Source: Veleropilina oligotropha
Lineage: Eukaryota
NCBI GenBank assembly: GCA_048128005.1
Contig: JBEUKZ010000088.1
Span: 62,001 to 87,873 of the forward strand
Reading direction: 5' to 3'
Length of the DNA: 25,873 bases
Positions within the stretch are counted from its first letter, which is position 1; each line of letters begins with the position of its first letter. Below, piece after piece: positions 20,946-25,873 of this stretch. Under the pieces are notes generated by a model. That model saw nothing but the letters and a program-made list of their open reading frames with translations. It searched no databases and had not been told where the DNA came from. A program made the position numbers and the translations under genes.

Positions 20946-23900
20946 TAATTGCACCCATGTAGGCCTAGATCTCATTTCGCTTTGTTTTACCAGTCAACAT
21001 ATTAAATTATTTTCGCATTTGTAACCATTTATCTCTAAGCAAACAATATGAAAACCAAGAAAATAACGAATTCAGTTTTTGGAAGGAAATAAACATCCGA
21101 ACAATTCGTGAAGCGCATTCATGTCGATTTCAATTACGCAACCAAAGACTCCTGATACAGCCGTCGCCGAGGATTTCTTTATAGATGGATAAAGTAAAGG
21201 CCAGCGAATTTTGATATTTACGTGTTTCATATGTGGCCAATACCAATACAACTATAGCAGATCGCGTTTCTTCGCGAGATCTTTGAAGAATGGCGACTCG
21301 CGCACATGTGCTCTTCATACGATGCGGTCTACAAAGGCTCCACTCGTCGAAATGATTTAGCTGAGGAAGAAACACCGTGAACTCTGATCTCTTACAAGAG
21401 GTGTAAAGAATTCCTCGTTTGACCAAAGAAAATATTTGTAGCTGGTATTTGTTCGGTCCATCTTTTGATATAAATTCTGTTTAGCATTATATGCGAAAAA
21501 TTCATATTCAGCAAGGTTTGCAACATTTTCTGCGAATTTCTGATATGGTTCCTATTGCAACAGCGGAAGATTACAAATGACAAGAACATACCATTGCTAC
21601 TTTTGGCATTAGGTTTGGTTAATATAATTATACCTTCCGAGCATCATCTCGCTAAATGGTATGCATTGTTATCATTATCTGGGCCAATTTTATTTAATGT
21701 ACGATTCGAAATTACTTGCTATGTGATGTACATAATATATCAAAGTGCCATTTTAGTTATATCATGAAATCTTTCCAAGAGCATTTTCCGACATTACACT
21801 GTGCAAAAACGCTCCGTAATCGATCTTTAGCATGCTAACACGGCCTCTTTTGTGAGAGCCTGTAGTCCCAGAGGTCGCAGGTGCAGACTGCACCGACTGT
21901 GTAATAGATTCTTCGCAAGCCTTGTTTTATTGTGGAAGGAATTTCGTGCAGAGAAACGAAGTCCAATGGTTGAACGCCATCTGAAATTCGCCCATGTTGG
22001 TTTCATGGCAAGCAATCAGCATTTGTGGAACACGCGCGTAATTTGTTGTGTTAATACCGTAGCTAGTTACGAGCTTTAAGCGACTGGCCAATTCACTATC
22101 TAGATTCATCATCTTGAAGGTTTCCTTTGGGAGTTTGGAGCTATGCAGTGACAGCAGCGAGAATACGGCGAGTCAAGTGAATAATTGTCATACTACCTAC
22201 GGCGTACCGGAGGGAGTACTTCGTTAATTAGGCTTCTAACCTCCAAATCCTCACTGATGCACTGACAGTCGAGAACAAAGCAGTATTTCAACCATTAGAT
22301 GGGAAGAAATTAGTGACTTCTGATTAGCTGGCTTTGCCCGGACTTTGTCGAGAATCTCGTCATATTTCATCCCACTCTTCCACGATGAGGTGAACGTTTC
22401 CCCCATCAACGGCCTGTTTCCATCGACTGCTGTTGATAATTATGCCGAGAGTCTCTTATCGGTTTATTTCAATGAGCCTATACTATCTACTCGAGATTTG
22501 CGATGAGTTACGCCTTTCCTGGCAGGGTCGCGCTTAATAAACTCCTTATCGCTGAATGGTTGTAAATAAATGACAATGGCGCTCGGAGGAGAACATTTTA
22601 CAGACTGTTCATTCAGTGCTGCGTAATTTTAATACATTTAGTCGACACTGTGCTAACAATACGACTGGGGCTTCTTAATACGAAGGCTGGCATGGCACGA
22701 GAAAGAGTTGAGCCTTCGGGACCTTTCCCATCTTCATCAAGCTGTTTCTGCCAGAGAGGGTCAGAGGTCGGCCAGTCAGGGCTAACTAACCGATAGTAAT
22801 ACGAATATCCCCTTGCTTTATTGAGATACACTTCAGTTTAATGATATGAAGTAATGCCGCGATAGCATCACTTTATTTCCGCTCCTCGATAAATATCGTG
22901 CGACGATCATGGCGAAGCATGCGCCAAGACCATTGAAAGGCTTCTTTGGCTGACAGCGATCGCTATCGAATTGTTCATATTCACAAATACAAGGTTATAG
23001 ATTTATATGGAAATCATGTTAGGCAAATGTATTAGCGAATATTGTTTTTCTGCGTGGTCGAGTGATTTCATTAAGATGATAACCAAACTATTTTACAACC
23101 ATAAAATATCTCCATGAATATCTGGTGGTAATCTCTGATTTTTCATTGTCATGGTAATTCAGTGTCGAGGTCGCAACGCATCAAGCCATTCAGGACTTAT
23201 CTCGTATTATTTTGTGTCAAATCGGGAAAATGCAAATCCGTTTCAATATTTGATTAAGTTACGCTGGTGATAGCAAATAAATAGAACGTTTTATCTACCC
23301 GTCAAAATAAATTTGCTCCATCTTTGAAATACCAGTGTGTCAATTCGTCAAGCATAAGGAATTCATGTATTATTACGCAAATGCATGATTAATGTATTTG
23401 CTTCTTACTTTGTATTGCACACTTTTAAATTAGCAAGGACAACGGATAATGATATATGGTTGACCCAAGCAGCACATACTCCGGAAACACGCAAATGGAG
23501 AAAAAGACACACATGACCACTATCGTAGTTTCAAACCAACTCTAACAATAACCCTGAGACTTAAGATTTGTTGACTTACAAAGCAGAAGAGTTTAAGCCA
23601 TAAACAATACGGTTACTCTATACTTGGAAGCCAATCAACATGGTTCCATGCCGATTACTAGTATTCACATCCAAAATTGATACAGCTATTGTCGTCCACA
23701 AACAATGTCGTAAAACAGAATTTAACAATTACAGGTCTTTACTGTGCTTCTGGTGGCCAGGTGGGTTTACAACAAACAGAAAATTCATCTGTTTTCAGTT
23801 TTCCCCGCCCGAAACATTTCTGTATCATATTGCCCCCAAATGTTTTTGTCACAAGATGTATCGAAAAAGCGCGACAAACCGCAGATAGGTCAGGGTGTCT

Positions 23901-25653
23901 AGAGAATTTTCAATATGTCTGAAACCAATATCTGTTAAGGTTGACGTTATACCTGGTTATAACTAGTTAACTGTTAACTGACACTCGGTCAGCAGTATTA
24001 CGCTAGGTGATATTCAGAAAATTGCCAATCAAGTAAACGCATATGGCGTTTTTTGTCTTCGTATACAATTTTAAAGAAAATCAGTTTCGGATTAGTCGAT
24101 GCACAAAATATTCTTATGGTGTACTATATGTATAATACCGTGATTTCGAATTCTCTTTCGTGTTATCGTTAATAATTAACCTATAAATAAAATGACTTTA
24201 TGTACTCAATTAATTACAAATAATAGAAAATAAATTTCATAAATACATTTCTGTGAATAATAATTGGCAATATTATTGCATGATGCTCAATGCTCGAGCT
24301 ATTTGCGTTTGGATGCCCCAGAGGACTAATTTGCATCAATGAGCCACTACAATGCTTCAATGAAAACTGGCTTATTAACCTAATTAGTACCTCTACTGTT
24401 GATAAATAACTTTCCGTCGACCATTAAATGTTTATTTCCCATATGAGGAAATTGACATCACTGTAAACAATCTGTAACTTACGCTCAGGGATTTCCTTCA
24501 GAAACATTTCACTCATGTCGACGCATTTCATTATGTATATTGATACGTGCGAATCGATAGAAACATATGGGAGTTGGCTGTATTAACAACAACTCCATAT
24601 GGTTAATACTCAAAGGGATAACATATTTGAACACAAAGAAGCAAATTAATTATCCAAATATGTTAAAGACTGGTTATACATGCTTGATAATATTATAGTC
24701 TGCGTGTATCTTATTCCCATATGAATTGACTATTGTATCAAAAATATAATACATGCAAATTCACAACATTTCTTAAAAAGTGGTACATTATTTAAAATAA
24801 TGAAAATTATTATAGTAAGTCATAAAATAAAAGTTTGTTTGTTTAATAGGTATTCAACGTCATTGTTCACTTAACAATGCAACTATTAACAATTTCTATT
24901 CAACAACCAGAAGATGAACAATGTTGAAGAATCGAACGAAAAATATTCAGAATTTGACGAGCGACATATGTAACGTAATTGACCTTGTACAGTTTATATA
25001 TTACTCCCGTCTGTTCGATTTGTTTCAGCATAAATGCGTCAAATATTACAACGTTAACAGAAATGTATGTAATTAAGGCATATTGTCATTTCGCTGTTCA
25101 TTAGCACAATTGCTACTAATGAAGAAGGTACCCTGCATTATTTCATTTGCATCTACCGAACAATAATGTCTAATTTACCATCATCATCGTTTTTACTTAT
25201 TCTGCAAACATTGTACATAATTATTTACAGATATTGGAAATTTACATGTATATTAAAGATTTTTATATATATCTCAGAAATGGAACATATGCACAAAACA
25301 TGTAAAACCATGTTATTTTGCTGCATGCATACTAAATATGCAAACACGGGCCTGCTGCCCTGATCGTCTTTGTGTGCCCGGAATACAGATGAGCCATACT
25401 ACTGCCATGCGTGTGTCTCTGCGCTGGCGACGTTCATTACACGGCCGGCAAGGCGACCAGTCACCATCTGTTCACGCATTGCTTCGCCGAGCTAATCCAA
25501 TTCATCGACTTGATGAGGCCGGCAGCTAGATATAATTTAATTTGCCTTAATGTCCCATGTGCGCCCTTGAATTTTCGGTTTAAACATTAAAACATTTAAC
25601 TTGTCTGATAAGACATTTCAAGCAATTCTGGTTGGCAATAAAGACTTCACAAG

Positions 25654-25863
25654 ATTGGATTGGATCGATGGTTAATGCCCTGTATATTTAAAACCGTTAG
25701 GTTCAAGGCAGGACATGTTCGTATTATCTCGGGGGGTAAGCCTCGTAGCCCGGGGGAAATCGCCCTCTCCAAGAGGTTACGGACAACTACGATTGATAAC
25801 TGAACAAAGAATGCTCCAACCAGTTATTTCGCCACTTGAGACCACACGACTACCGAGGCGGCC
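25654..25863 (-). mobile_element. tRNA-derived SINE, copy 3, with an internal deletion in the head
   Basis: Homologous to copies 1 and 2 (AGGTTCAAGGCAGGACATGT...GGACAACT...GCGGCC). Flanked by ACTTCACAAG (25644-25653) and ACTTCACAGG (25864-25873) as a probable TSD. The B-box segment is missing or degraded. Confidence 0.82.
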
Positions 25864-25873
25864 ACTTCACAGG

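Noticed and set aside
21130..22831. Cluster of short ORFs on both strands as a possible nested gene
   Set aside because: No recognisable domain, no consistent exon chain, and lengths in the range expected by chance in locally GC-richer DNA.

Overview
This is AT-rich eukaryotic (non-vertebrate animal) genomic DNA, not a prokaryotic locus. The whole window lies inside one minus-strand gene, a COE/EBF (Collier/Olf-1/Early B-cell factor) transcription factor. Seven internal coding exons (14964-15045, 14371-14494, 11734-11864, 7383-7509, 2265-2353, 758-950, 329-472) splice in frame through canonical GT-AG junctions. They encode the end of the DNA-binding domain, the IPT/TIG domain, the atypical HLH (single helix 2) and part of the Ser/Gly-rich C-terminus. 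The first and last exons lie outside the window, and the upstream intron is longer than 10.8 kb. The introns contain a 1.88-kb foldback-like non-autonomous DNA transposon (165-bp TIRs, 6-bp TSD, internal 103-bp tandem array), three copies of a tRNA-derived V-SINE-like family, a 145-bp near-perfect hairpin, several minisatellites (one is ~30 tandem copies of a p53-family half-site) and candidate enhancer motif clusters. Nearly all ORFs in the supplied track are spurious. I cannot support a claim of a wholly new biological system here. The best leads are the unclassified transposon, the p53-motif array and the repeats sitting just downstream of splice donors.
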